In this document: piece after piece, positions 19,456-29,138 of the stretch | How positions within the stretch are numbered: position 1 is the stretch's first letter | Layout of the letters: every line of letters begins with the position of its first letter | NCBI GenBank assembly: GCA_013288105.1 | Contig: JABDCM010000004.1 | Span: forward strand, 1 to 55,206 | Source of the DNA: Chlamydiota bacterium | GTDB lineage: Bacteria; Chlamydiota; Chlamydiia; Chlamydiales; JAAKFR01 | DNA length: 55,206 nucleotides | Direction: 5' to 3' | Program-made: the position numbers and the translations under genes | The notes under the pieces: model-generated | The model's input: the letters and a program-made list of their open reading frames with translations, nothing else | The model's database searches: none | Told to the model about the DNA's origin: nothing

Positions 19456-20013
19456 CTATACACGTTGAATATATTCGCGCGTGCGTGTATCAACTTTAAT
19501 CACATCGCCAGGCTCAATAAAGGGGGGAACTATAATCACCGCTCCCGTCTCTAAAATAGCCTCTTTGGTCGTATTTGTAAGGGAACTACCCTCTTCAGCC
19601 GGTTCTGATTTTGCAACCATCAATTCTAAAAACTGAGGAAGCTCCACAGAAAAAATCGTATCCCCATAAAAAGAGGCTTGGATCTCTACCCCCTCTTTCA
19701 AGAAATTAATCTTGTCTCCAATGACATCCGGAGAGACAAATACCTGCTCTAAATTATTAATATCTAAAAAAAGATAGCTCCTCCCCTCAAGATAAAGATA
19801 TTCTAACCTTCTTTCTTGCAAAGAAACATCCTTAACCTCTTGTCCCACTTTAAAGTTTTTCTCAACCGCTTTATCAGTAGTCAAGTTACGTAATTTAGTC
19901 TTAATAAAAGGCTGCCCCTTAGGAACTGTCACCTTGACGACCGATTCCACTCTAAATAGCTTTTCCTCAACAGAGACCACCATTCCAGGAGCTAATTGAT
20001 TACTCGTTACCAT
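19456..20013 (-). CDS. efp: Elongation factor P family protein
   Basis: VPKGQPFIKTKLRNL loop and LETGA...VPPFI...VDTR motifs. Confidence 0.93.
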   Translation of the reverse strand: MVTSNQLAPGMVVSVEEKLFRVESVVKVTVPKGQPFIKTKLRNLTTDKAVEKNFKVGQEVKDVSLQERRLEYLYLEGRSYLFLDINNLEQVFVSPDVIGDKINFLKEGVEIQASFYGDTIFSVELPQFLELMVAKSEPAEEGSSLTNTTKEAILETGAVIIVPPFIEPGDVIKVDTRTREYIQRV

Positions 20014-20718
20014 TTATACTTCTCCTCGGAGTTTTCCAATACCTATAGCCATATCTTTTTCTTTAAATAAATAAGAACCAGAAACGAGAACATTAGCCCC
20101 TGCTTCCACACATAAAGGGGCTGTTTTATCATCAACTCCCCCATCTACCTCGATCAAATAGGGGGGAAGTATCTCTCCTTTTTTAACCACCTCTCCTCCT
20201 GCACCTATTTTTAAATGGTGACAGGCTTCTCGCACAAAGCGGATTTTATCAATGACTTCAGGTAAAAAAGCCTGCCCTCCAAATCCTGGATTTACCGTCA
20301 TTAAGAGAATAAGATCTGCTTTATTCAAAAATTTAGCAACAAAATCAGAAGAGGTTTCTGGACAAAAGGCAAGTCCTACCTGAATACCACACGTGCGCAC
20401 ATAAGCTAAAATTTCTTCGACATTTTCTACAGCTTCAAAATGAAAAATGATCCGATCCGCCCCTGCCTCAACAAATCTTTCAATATATTCGTAGGGATTA
20501 TAGATCATGAGATGAACCTCTAAGAACAGGGAGCTTGCCCGATTGATGGCAGCAACTGCTTTAGGGCCCAAAGTGAGATTGGGGACGAAATGGCCATCCA
20601 TAATATCAATGTGAAGAAGATCCGCCCCTGCCTCTTCAACCCGTTTAGCCTCATCAGCAAGCCTGCCGAAATCCCCTGCAAGGATGGAGGGAGCTATATA
20701 AAGATTTTTCTTTGTCAT
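20014..20718 (-). CDS. rpe: Ribulose-phosphate 3-epimerase
   Basis: HIDIMDGHFVPN, MTVNPGFGGQ and EVDGG motifs. Confidence 0.97.
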   Translation of the reverse strand: MTKKNLYIAPSILAGDFGRLADEAKRVEEAGADLLHIDIMDGHFVPNLTLGPKAVAAINRASSLFLEVHLMIYNPYEYIERFVEAGADRIIFHFEAVENVEEILAYVRTCGIQVGLAFCPETSSDFVAKFLNKADLILLMTVNPGFGGQAFLPEVIDKIRFVREACHHLKIGAGGEVVKKGEILPPYLIEVDGGVDDKTAPLCVEAGANVLVSGSYLFKEKDMAIGIGKLRGEV

Positions 20719-20738
20719 TACCCTCTCAAATGGTGAAG

Positions 20739-20767
20739 AGCATACCCTTCTTTCTGCCTTAGGTCAA
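20739..20767 (-). promoter_or_regulatory. Sigma66-type promoter of rpe-efp-accB-accC
   Basis: TTGACC-N17-TATGCT on the minus strand. Confidence 0.6.
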
Positions 20768-20776
20768 GAGAAAAGC

Positions 20777-21934
20777 TTAATCCGTAATTGCATGTTTATG
20801 GGCTTGAGGCCAGTCTGGAAAGACAAAGCGCCCCTCTTTTGAAATGATCTGTCCATCGACTGAAAGAGTGCCCCCCTCTCTTAAATCACAAATCATATCC
20901 CAATGAAGTGCAGATTTATTCTCATTGCCTGTCTCAGGATACCCCATCCCCAGAGCCGCGTGAAAGGTTCCCCCTATTTTTTCGTCAAAGAGAATATTCT
21001 TAGTAAATGTTTTAATTTTATAATTAGTGCCTATTGCAATCTCACCCAGCCGACTTGCCCCCTCATCTTGAGCAATCATTGCTCTCAAGAAAGCCTCATT
21101 CTTACTCGCTCTAGCCTCGACAACCCTCCCTTTTTCAAAAGTGAGCTTAACCCCCTCGACAACTGTCTGGTTCCAGATTGCAGGATAGGTATAATGTACA
21201 ATCCCATTGACCCCCCCATCCGATGCCTTTAATTGAGGACCTGTAAAAATCTCCCCATCAGGAAAGTTTCTTTTCCCACAAGAATTGATCCAACGCATCC
21301 CCTCTATATTAACTCGGAGATCTGTCCCCTCTTTTGTTTTGAAGTGAAGCTCCTTTTTTCCCTTCATATAGTCGATCATGCGCATCTGTTTGACTTGCTG
21401 CTCTTTCAAATGTAAAATAGGATCCTCTTCATTGAGATGGCCTGCTTGAAAAACAAAATCCTCATACTCTTTTATCCCCATATCCCCCTCTTGAGCCCCT
21501 GCCGGCGTAGGACAGAGAGTCACGACCCACTCCATTTCACCTGCTGCTGATCGAGTTAATACTTTGGAGAGGATGGGGCCATTAGCTTTACTTAAAAGGG
21601 CAACTTTTTGCGAATCTGCATGCGATAATCCCCGCGTATTGGTAGGCGCAATGACACGAATTCTCTTATTACATTCGGAGACCTCATGAAGAGCTAACGG
21701 ACAGGTACGTTCTAACTGTTTTTGGTTAGCATATTTAAAAAATATCTCATCCCATCCCGCGGGAACGATGGATATTTTTACAAAAGCACCTGCTCGAATC
21801 AGATGTTCATAAAGGGCCTCCAGTAGAGGCATCCCAGCGATTTCTCCTGAAAGCAGAACAAAATCTCCTGCTTTAACTTCTAGAGAGTAATGAACCAAAA
21901 CGGAAGCCATCTTATCTAGGCGAATATCTCTCAT
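20777..21934 (-). CDS. M29 family aminopeptidase (AmpS/PepS-like)
   Basis: NFPDGEIFT, LGEIAIG, ILFDEKIGGTFHAALG and SALHWDMI motifs. Confidence 0.93.
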   Translation of the reverse strand: MRDIRLDKMASVLVHYSLEVKAGDFVLLSGEIAGMPLLEALYEHLIRAGAFVKISIVPAGWDEIFFKYANQKQLERTCPLALHEVSECNKRIRVIAPTNTRGLSHADSQKVALLSKANGPILSKVLTRSAAGEMEWVVTLCPTPAGAQEGDMGIKEYEDFVFQAGHLNEEDPILHLKEQQVKQMRMIDYMKGKKELHFKTKEGTDLRVNIEGMRWINSCGKRNFPDGEIFTGPQLKASDGGVNGIVHYTYPAIWNQTVVEGVKLTFEKGRVVEARASKNEAFLRAMIAQDEGASRLGEIAIGTNYKIKTFTKNILFDEKIGGTFHAALGMGYPETGNENKSALHWDMICDLREGGTLSVDGQIISKEGRFVFPDWPQAHKHAITD

Positions 21935-21956
21935 ATAAACCTACATCTATGCAAAT

Positions 21957-22010
21957 TTCGTCCCCGTGCCTGTGCCTGAATTTGAGGAAGACAACCCAAA
22001 ACTCAGGTTA
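21957..22010. repeat. Short family A element (21975..22010) preceded by a CCCGTG-type repeat fragment
   Basis: CCTGAATTTGAGGAAGACAACCCAAAACTCAGGTTA; the upstream TTCGTCCCCGTGCCTGTGCC resembles the element at 44248..44356. Confidence 0.8.
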
Positions 22011-22064
22011 TATCTAGCGAAAATCTAGTTGAAATGGTACATTTGGGGAAAGAGGTATTATTAT

Positions 22065-22274
22065 ATGCAAGAGCCGCGTGAGATCAATTGGATCATTACC
22101 CTGTTGATGTCAATTTTTTTTGGATCCTTAGGAGTGGATCGCTTTATGATGGGACATATAGGTCTTGGAATTCTTAAGCTGATCACTTTGGGTGGATTTG
22201 GAATCTGGTGGATCGTCGATGTGATTCTGATTGCTTCACAATACCCTTTTTGCAATATTCGTTGGAAAATTTAA
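22065..22274 (+). CDS. TM2 domain membrane protein
   Basis: GSLGVDRFMMGHIGLGILKLITLGGFGIWWIVD signature. Confidence 0.9.
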   Translation: MQEPREINWIITLLMSIFFGSLGVDRFMMGHIGLGILKLITLGGFGIWWIVDVILIASQYPFCNIRWKI

Positions 22275-22603
22275 TAACCTGAGTTTTGGGTTGTCTTCCT
22301 CGAAGGCAGAGAAGTTTACAACGCAGATCTTGGGATTTTCTGACGAAGTTATACCCCACCCGGCGGATAAAGTCCTATTTGATGACGCCAAAGCCCCGGG
22401 GTTGAACGATTGCAAGTCGGACAATATTAAAAATATTGCTCGACTTGCAATCGTTCAACCGCGGGAGCTTTCGCTGTCATCAAATAGGACTTTATCCGCC
22501 GGGTGGGGTATAAATGGCCAACGGCCCTTTACGAGTCGGAAAAGCACAAGAGATGCACGTAAACTTCCTGAATTTGAGGGAGAAAAACCCAAAACTCAGG
22601 TTA
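22275..22603. mobile_element. Full-length family A palindromic MITE-like element (~166 bp) carrying a nested element
   Basis: Terminal inverted repeats TAACCTGAGTTTTGGGTT / AACCCAAAACTCAGGTTA; imperfect complementarity extends about 70 bp; no transposase. Confidence 0.85.
22350..22512. mobile_element. Family B 163-bp palindromic MITE nested in family A
   Basis: Perfect 37-bp TIR TATACCCCACCCGGCGGATAAAGTCCTATTTGATGAC and inner perfect 20-bp IR GGTTGAACGATTGCAAGTCG; absent from the copy at 11989. Confidence 0.9.
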
Positions 22604-22668
22604 ATATCCATGTTCTTAAGCTGAATGAAAATGAAAAATTTGAACGCAAAACAATAAAGGAGATACAT

Positions 22669-23040
22669 ATGACAAAAACAGGAGCAGCAACGACAGGAAC
22701 AACAGCAGCAGACGGTGCACCTCCCCCCCCCCTTTCAGAGCGACCAGATCGCGAAGGCGAGATCCAGAGCAGAAAAGCTCAAGAAATGCCAAAAGAAGGC
22801 TTTTTCAAAAGAAATCTCCCCTGGATTGCAACAGCTCTTGTCGTGATAGGACTCATCGCTACCGGCGTCGGCTTTCTGATGCTTTTTCGAATAAGCGTCA
22901 TGCAACAGTTTACAAACCCCTTGATTCCTCAAATCGGGTTCTTTATGGTCTTAGGGGGCGGCTCTCTTGCGCTCGTCGTCTTTTTCACGACGCTCGCGCA
23001 TCTCATTTCAAATAGAAGACCTGTTGAGCAGCTCGCATAA
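22669..23040 (+). CDS. Putative Inc protein (one bilobed hydrophobic domain)
   Basis: AAGGAG RBS before the ATG at 22669; T/A/P-rich N-terminus; two closely spaced hydrophobic helices. Confidence 0.7.
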   Translation: MTKTGAATTGTTAADGAPPPPLSERPDREGEIQSRKAQEMPKEGFFKRNLPWIATALVVIGLIATGVGFLMLFRISVMQQFTNPLIPQIGFFMVLGGGSLALVVFFTTLAHLISNRRPVEQLA

Positions 23041-23052
23041 TTTAATTTTTTT

Positions 23053-23080
23053 AAGGTATAGGGATCTATCCCTATACCTT
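23053..23080. terminator. Terminator-like hairpin
   Basis: AAGGTATAGGGA/TCCCTATACCTT perfect stem directly after the stop at 23040. Confidence 0.7.
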
Positions 23081-23162
23081 CATAAATAATTAGTTTTCTT
23101 TAATAGACACGCTTTGTATAATCTATCTGTTTAATAACATCTTTACTGGGTTGTATGAACAC

Positions 23163-25892
23163 ATGGGTAAACCCTCGGAATCCCTCCCCGTTAGAGCTCT
23201 ACAGCTCCTCTTTAATCTCCATCCTGGAGAGGGCAAGAGAGCATGCCTATTCATTATCCTCGGTCTGCTTTGGGCCATAGGGAGCTATGGTACCTTTACC
23301 CTATCTGAAGGGCTCTTCTTAGAAAAAGTAGGTTCCCAAGCTCTCCCCTCCTCCTATCTTGCTAGTGCTGCCGGCATGTGCCTTTTTTCTACCATTCTCA
23401 TCCCCCTTTTAAGACGTTTATCCATTCGAAATCTGCTCCTCTCCCTTATTTCAGCCTGGGTTTTATCGAATTTAATTTTTTATTTCCTTCTTGACACCTC
23501 CGCAAGCACCACATCCCCTTACTGGTTTACCTATAAAGTCATCGGATGGATTATCCCCCTCTCTACTTACATCGTCTACTGGGCTTTTGTTGATCAATAC
23601 TACGATCTTCAAGATGCTAAAAGATTTTTTTGTCTCTTTAATGCAACTATTTTTTTGGGAGATGCTCTGGGGGGGGCCATTATCTCCTTTTTCCTCCATT
23701 CACTCGGTATGAAGGGGATTATTCTCATTTTTACAAGTTCCATGTTCCTATCACTTCCCTTCATCTTCTTTATCAGCAGGCGAATTCGCCCCCTACCAGA
23801 AGATCATGCAGAAAGTTCCGATATCCCCCCTCCTGCTGTTACTTTCAAAACTCTTTTTAAAACAACTGTCCGCTCAAAATTCACCCTCTATCTGCTCCTT
23901 TTTTACTTTTGCATGCAAATTCTTGCAGTCGTTACGGAATACAATTATCTCTCCACATTTCAAACCAGTTTTTCTCACTCAGAAGGTCATTCGTTGACAG
24001 AATTTTTAGGAACGTGCGGCTGCTGGGTCTCTCTTGGAAACATGTTTTTTGCTATGTTTTTATACAGCAGACTCGTCAGAAAATTGGGCATTAATAATAT
24101 TATTTTAATTGCCCCCTCCTTCTTCTTAGCTGTTTTTTCCATTTGGTTCTGGAAAGAGGCTCTTCCTGTTGCCATTTTTGGACTAATTGCACGAGAGGGG
24201 ATGGTCTATACTTTTGATGATAATAATCTTCAGCTTCTTATCTCTGGGGTGCCGACCAAGGTGAAAAATCAGGTACGTATTTTCGTGGAATCGTTTATAG
24301 AACCAGCGGGAATGTTTTGCAGTGCGGCTCTACTCTTCTTTTTCCAACAAGAGGGAAGATTTCTTGGTTTTACTTTGAGTATTTCTGCACTTGCGATTGT
24401 TATTTTTCTCAGAACACACTATCCACGCGCAATTTTTGATAATCTCATTGCTCATGCAATCCGGTTTGAAAGAAAAGCTGTGGATTGGTTGAACCAGTTT
24501 TCTCGAAAAGAGAGAAAAAATATGGAATTCACCCTTCTTTTTAATCTTAAAAATTCCGATGAAAAGCAGCAGCTTTTAGCCTTTGAATATCTCATTAAAA
24601 TAGGAAGCCCCCATTTGCTACCCCGTTTACTGAACCATATGGGACGGTTGAGCTTACAAGGGAAGCTAAAAGCTATTGAATTGCTTGGAGAAAGTGGCTG
24701 GGCAAAAGAGAGTATTGTGCTGGATCGCTTAGAACGCTGGAGGGTGATTCTCCCTCATCCTGCTATCAAAAATGTGATCCATTTTTATTTTGCACGTCAT
24801 GGGCTATTACGCCCTGAAAAAATCATACACGATGTCCATAGCGAACATTTAGGAATAAAGGCAGCTGCGATTTTAACGCTTAAAACAACCTCTCAATTTC
24901 CTGCTTTTTACTCACTGGCCGAAGAGAAACTCTCCTCTCTTTTACAGTCCAAAATGGATGTAGAGGTATGTACGGGGCTCAAAATCTTAGGATTAGAGAA
25001 GAAATCTGCCAATATAGAATCGATTCTTCCCTTTTTAAAGCACTCCTCTCCTACCATCCATCGAGCAGCGGCGGCAGCTCTTGCGGAGATGGCACATGTC
25101 GATTCCAAAGAATATGCGCGTCCTTTAATTGAACATATTTCAGCGACACGAGATGGGGAGGTCAGATTAAGCTGCTTGAAAGCGCTTCAGAAATTTGCGG
25201 ACGTCCATTCTGTAAAGGAGTTGATTCTGGCTGCTGTCCATTTCAAGACATCCGAACGCAAAGCCATTGAGCAGATTCTTGTGCAAGCAGGTAAACAAAT
25301 AGCCCCTCTGCTTTTGGAACTTCTGCAAGATTATACGATTCATAATCGTTGCCGTTTACTTGCGGGAACTATTTTGGGTAAGCTGGACCGTCCTCTTTTG
25401 CAAAAACAGCTTTTAGATCTTTCTCGAAAAGAGATTGAAAGAGCCTATTTTTATCTTTATCATGCCTCGACCCTATCTAAGCTTAAAGAGGAGACAGAGC
25501 TCCTTGTGGACTGGGACCTTTTAAAAAATTCCCTCTCCTCTAGATACCGTTCTATTTTAGATTTTATTATTCAAATTTTAGCTGTTGCAGGCAATATAGA
25601 GGAGGCAGAAGTTCTTGCGCATATGCTTCACAGTAAAAATCAGAAAATGCGTGCGCAAGCGATGGAATCTTTAGAAAAGACCTGTGGATCTACTATTTTT
25701 CAGCTTTTGGAACCCCTACTGGATGAAAAAAAGGGGGAGGCAAAAAGTATACGTTTTATAAAATTGGGTGGTATTTCGTTAAATCTGCACCAACTGCTTG
25801 ATTTTATGGAACGATCCCCCTCATTAGCCGAACAAATTGTAGCGATTGGATTAAAGAAACAGTTGCATATTTCACCGCTTAATATAGGATAA
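23163..25892 (+). CDS. Npt/TLC-like MFS transporter domain fused to HEAT repeats
   Basis: About 12 TM segments with DQYYDLQDAKRFF, followed by helical HEAT-like repeats; adjacent to a cNMP-binding gene. Confidence 0.8.
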   Translation: MGKPSESLPVRALQLLFNLHPGEGKRACLFIILGLLWAIGSYGTFTLSEGLFLEKVGSQALPSSYLASAAGMCLFSTILIPLLRRLSIRNLLLSLISAWVLSNLIFYFLLDTSASTTSPYWFTYKVIGWIIPLSTYIVYWAFVDQYYDLQDAKRFFCLFNATIFLGDALGGAIISFFLHSLGMKGIILIFTSSMFLSLPFIFFISRRIRPLPEDHAESSDIPPPAVTFKTLFKTTVRSKFTLYLLLFYFCMQILAVVTEYNYLSTFQTSFSHSEGHSLTEFLGTCGCWVSLGNMFFAMFLYSRLVRKLGINNIILIAPSFFLAVFSIWFWKEALPVAIFGLIAREGMVYTFDDNNLQLLISGVPTKVKNQVRIFVESFIEPAGMFCSAALLFFFQQEGRFLGFTLSISALAIVIFLRTHYPRAIFDNLIAHAIRFERKAVDWLNQFSRKERKNMEFTLLFNLKNSDEKQQLLAFEYLIKIGSPHLLPRLLNHMGRLSLQGKLKAIELLGESGWAKESIVLDRLERWRVILPHPAIKNVIHFYFARHGLLRPEKIIHDVHSEHLGIKAAAILTLKTTSQFPAFYSLAEEKLSSLLQSKMDVEVCTGLKILGLEKKSANIESILPFLKHSSPTIHRAAAAALAEMAHVDSKEYARPLIEHISATRDGEVRLSCLKALQKFADVHSVKELILAAVHFKTSERKAIEQILVQAGKQIAPLLLELLQDYTIHNRCRLLAGTILGKLDRPLLQKQLLDLSRKEIERAYFYLYHASTLSKLKEETELLVDWDLLKNSLSSRYRSILDFIIQILAVAGNIEEAEVLAHMLHSKNQKMRAQAMESLEKTCGSTIFQLLEPLLDEKKGEAKSIRFIKLGGISLNLHQLLDFMERSPSLAEQIVAIGLKKQLHISPLNIG

Positions 25893-25901
25893 GAGACGAA
25901 A

Positions 25902-26336
25902 ATGAAGCAGATCAGCCTGATTGACAAAGCCTTTATTTTGAAAAAGACCCCCCTTTTTGAGACGCTTGATCTAGATTTACTTTTAACGATTTCTGATAAG
26001 ATGGATCTTCTCTCTTTTAAAGAGGGGGAGAAAATTTTTTCCATTAACCAAGAGGCGCAGAAGATGTATATTTTGGTGGAGGGGAGAGTCGGGATCTATA
26101 ATAAAGCAAAGGAGCTCATTGCAGAGGTGATACCGGAAGATTTTTTTGGGGAGGAGGCGATTTTCAATGAACGCCCGCGCGCCTATGAGGCGTGCTGTTT
26201 AGCTGAGAGCCGGCTCTTGTCTCTCTCGCGCACCTATCTTTTGAGCATTCTTTCGGAATGCCCTGCAGTGGCCATCTCGCTTTTAGAGATTTATGCCGCT
26301 CACACCGATTTTCGTACAAGAGGCTCTCAAAAATAA
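25902..26336 (+). CDS. Cyclic nucleotide-binding domain protein
   Basis: GEKIF...MYILVEGRV...FFGEEAIFNERPRAYEA. Confidence 0.9.
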   Translation: MKQISLIDKAFILKKTPLFETLDLDLLLTISDKMDLLSFKEGEKIFSINQEAQKMYILVEGRVGIYNKAKELIAEVIPEDFFGEEAIFNERPRAYEACCLAESRLLSLSRTYLLSILSECPAVAISLLEIYAAHTDFRTRGSQK

Positions 26337-26337
26337 C

Positions 26338-27045
26338 TTACCTGTTATTTTGAAAGCAGAGCGTATTTTTAGTCTTGGCAACAAGTTGATAACCCTTGTC
26401 ATATAAAAACAGGGCAAGATCAGAGCGCATCGCCTCTTCAATAGAATGGGTCATCAAAGATTCTATAAGAATAAAGCTGGGAGAAAAACCATCCCAATCA
26501 TTGCTCTTTAAAACTTCTAGATCAAGCCCCTCAACATCAACACTTAAGAAATCAATTTGTTGACCATCTGGTACATTTTCTCTTAAAATAGCTCCCAGAG
26601 GACGCATGGGCACTTGTTGAACATGAGAGTGTCCCTCTGCTTGGTTGGGATTGCATGTGTTGAAAGCAGGCTCATCAAAGAGGTAGAAATTAACCTCCCC
26701 CTCTTGCTCTCCAATAGCAACTTCCAGATTGATATCCTCTGGTCTTAAGCGTTGAAAGAGCTGCATACTACCTGGCATGGCATCAATATTAATCCCTCTC
26801 CAGCCTCTTCTATAAAAATGGTAGGTATTAGAAAGTTTGATGGGATGATGAGCTCCCACATCCACAAAGAACCCTGTTTTTTTCTTCCCAATAAAGCGTC
26901 GGATTAACATGTCCTCCCCCTCTTGAGAGTAACAGTCTAAAAAGTGGCGTGGGTGTAATGTGCGTTCTATGAGGTGGAACCCCACAATAGAAAAAACTGA
27001 AACGCAACAGGAAAAGAGACCTATTTTAAGAAATTTAAGCAGCAC
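26338..27045 (-). CDS. FkbM family methyltransferase
   Basis: YSQEGED, FVDVGAHHP, GWRGINID and IDFLSVDVEGLD motifs; GTG at 27045 preferred because the track start lies in the acpP terminator. Confidence 0.88.
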   Translation of the reverse strand: MLLKFLKIGLFSCCVSVFSIVGFHLIERTLHPRHFLDCYSQEGEDMLIRRFIGKKKTGFFVDVGAHHPIKLSNTYHFYRRGWRGINIDAMPGSMQLFQRLRPEDINLEVAIGEQEGEVNFYLFDEPAFNTCNPNQAEGHSHVQQVPMRPLGAILRENVPDGQQIDFLSVDVEGLDLEVLKSNDWDGFSPSFILIESLMTHSIEEAMRSDLALFLYDKGYQLVAKTKNTLCFQNNR

Positions 27046-27064
27046 GCTCTCAGCCTCTAAAATT

Positions 27065-27109
27065 AAAAAACTCACCTCATACACTTCCAGGAAGCGCATA
27101 AGGTGAGTT
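27065..27109 (-). terminator. Rho-independent terminator after acpP
   Basis: Minus strand AACTCACCTTATGCGCTTC...GAAGTGTATGAGGTGAGTT, a ~19-bp stem with G-U pairs ending in a U run. Confidence 0.8.
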
Positions 27110-27112
27110 CAA

Positions 27113-27379
27113 TTACTCTCCCTTCTTCTGAGAGATATAAGTAATGACATCCCCTACTGTCTTCAGCTTTTCAGCCTCCTCTTCGGAAATCTCAAAACCA
27201 AAACGCTCCTCAAATGTCATGATGAGCTCTGTAAGGTCGAGACTATCCGCATTTAAATCCTCTACAAAGGATTTGTCTGCAGAGACATCCTGCTTGTCTA
27301 CACCAAGCTGCTCAACAACGATGTCAATCACTTCTTGTTCTAAGGTCATAGTCGTCCCTTTTAATTGTTCTTTAGACAT
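27113..27379 (-). CDS. acpP: Acyl carrier protein
   Basis: [14 protein letters not shown]; alternative start at 27349. Confidence 0.97.
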   Translation of the reverse strand: MSKEQLKGTTMTLEQEVIDIVVEQLGVDKQDVSADKSFVEDLNADSLDLTELIMTFEERFGFEISEEEAEKLKTVGDVITYISQKKGE

Positions 27380-27441
27380 AATTTCTCCTTAAACTTGAGA
27401 GGAATCCAATTATATAGGTTGTATACCCTTTTTTGGCAACC

Positions 27442-28197
27442 CTAAATTGCCATTCCACCATCAACTGTTAAAACTTGCCCCGTAATATAGTCAGCATGAG
27501 AGCTGGCTAAAAAAAGAGCCGCATGCGCAATATCCTCAGGGTTTCCCAGCTTTTGTAAAGGAATCTCTGCTAAAAGTTTTTCTTTTATCCCCTCACTTAA
27601 GCCCTCTGTCATATCTGTCTGAATATATCCTGGCGCTATACAGTTTACGCAAATATTCCTTGAACCCACCTCTTTCGCCAAAGACTTGGTAAACCCAATC
27701 ATCCCAGCTTTAGAGGCTGCATAGTTTGTCTGCCCCGCATTTCCTATCAAGCCTACAACAGAACTTATATTAATAATTTTTCCCTGACGCGCTTTAATCA
27801 TAGATCTTACAAGAGCTCGGCAGATGTAATAGACAGAACGGAGGTTGGTATTCAAAACAACATCCCAATCCTCCGGGGAGAGCTTAAGAAGTAAATTATC
27901 TCTAGTAATCCCTGCATTATTTACTAAAATATCAATCGTTCCAAAGTCAGCTAAAACTTTTCCTATAGCCTCTTCTATCTGCTTGCCCTCTGCAATATCG
28001 ACCGTATAAAAGATAACCTTTCCCTTCTCTCCAACGATCTCTTGTAATTCTCGAACCGCCTCCTCACCTTTGGCGGCGTTCGTTCCAAAAAGAGCAAGAG
28101 AGGCCCCCTCTTCCGCATACTTTTTGGCAATCGCCTTGCCAATTCCCCGGGCCCCACCCGTCACAAGCGCGTGTTTTCCTAATAGTAATTTTTTCAT
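27442..28197 (-). CDS. fabG: 3-oxoacyl-ACP reductase
   Basis: TGGARGIG, NNAGITRD and YAASKAG motifs. Confidence 0.97.
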   Translation of the reverse strand: MKKLLLGKHALVTGGARGIGKAIAKKYAEEGASLALFGTNAAKGEEAVRELQEIVGEKGKVIFYTVDIAEGKQIEEAIGKVLADFGTIDILVNNAGITRDNLLLKLSPEDWDVVLNTNLRSVYYICRALVRSMIKARQGKIINISSVVGLIGNAGQTNYAASKAGMIGFTKSLAKEVGSRNICVNCIAPGYIQTDMTEGLSEGIKEKLLAEIPLQKLGNPEDIAHAALFLASSHADYITGQVLTVDGGMAI

Positions 28198-29138
28198 TGC
28201 AACAACTCGTTTAATAATTCCAAATCTTCTCGCTTATTAATGGTTAACGTGGGAGCCACCATTCCCATTTGTCTATTCATTCCCGCAAGCGTTTTTCCCG
28301 GTCCTATCTCTATAAATAGGTCTACCCCCTCTCGAGCCATTGCTTGAATCCCCTGCTGCCAACGCACAGAAGAGGTCACCTGTTTAATGAGATTTTTCCT
28401 CATCATCTCAAAATCCTTCACAAAATCCCCTGGAACATTCATCACAACTTGAATGGGACTCTCTTGAATAGTGAGAGAGGTCATCTCTTTTTCTAATTTT
28501 TTCTCAGCAAGAGCCATTAAACCACTATGAAAAGCGCCATGCACTTTAAGAGGGATGGCTCGTTTAGCACCTCTTGCTTTGGCCTCTTCAATGCCCCTCT
28601 GCACTCCTAAAAGCGTTCCAGAAATAACCGTCTGACCTGGACAGTTAAAATTGGCAACCCAAAGATCTGAGGGAAGAGAGAGCTCTTGAACCATCTTTTC
28701 CACCTCTTCTGCAGAAAGTCCAAAGAGGGCTGCCATCGTTCCTTGAGTCTTGTGACAGGCCTCCTGCATCGCCTCCCCTCTAAACTGCACGAGAGCAAGA
28801 GCTGTCTCAAAGGGAATTTTCGATGAGGCTGTCAATGCTGTATACTCTCCTAAACTCAGACCAGAACAGACAGCTGGTCTAAGCCCAGGAAACTCATGTT
28901 CGATCGCTTTCAAAATAGCATACGAGGTGAGATAAATCGCAGGTTGGCAATGTCCTGTTTCTACAAGCCTCTCCTCTGGCCCCTCAAAAATCATCTTAGA
29001 AAGAGAGCGTTTTAGTATCTCATCCCCATATTGAAAAACCTCTCGCGCACATGTGTATTTTTCATAAAAATCTCTCCCCATTCCAACTGCTTGTGCCCCT
29101 TGTCCTGGGAAAAGAAGGGCAATTTTTTGATATTTCAT
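28194..29138 (-). CDS. fabD: Malonyl-CoA:ACP transacylase
   Basis: FPGQGAQ, GLSLGEY and GAFHS motifs. Confidence 0.97.
   Translation of the reverse strand: MKYQKIALLFPGQGAQAVGMGRDFYEKYTCAREVFQYGDEILKRSLSKMIFEGPEERLVETGHCQPAIYLTSYAILKAIEHEFPGLRPAVCSGLSLGEYTALTASSKIPFETALALVQFRGEAMQEACHKTQGTMAALFGLSAEEVEKMVQELSLPSDLWVANFNCPGQTVISGTLLGVQRGIEEAKARGAKRAIPLKVHGAFHSGLMALAEKKLEKEMTSLTIQESPIQVVMNVPGDFVKDFEMMRKNLIKQVTSSVRWQQGIQAMAREGVDLFIEIGPGKTLAGMNRQMGMVAPTLTINKREDLELLNELLQ

Noticed and set aside
22231-22668. 146-aa N-terminal extension of ORF 22231..23040, and antisense ORF 22236..22424
   Set aside because: Mostly translated repeat sequence; the start overlaps the TM2 gene and a strong AAGGAG RBS precedes ATG 22669.
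23163-26336. Npt/HEAT plus cNMP-binding pair as a new system
   Set aside because: To my knowledge a conserved chlamydial gene pair next to acpP; poorly characterised but not new to this genome.
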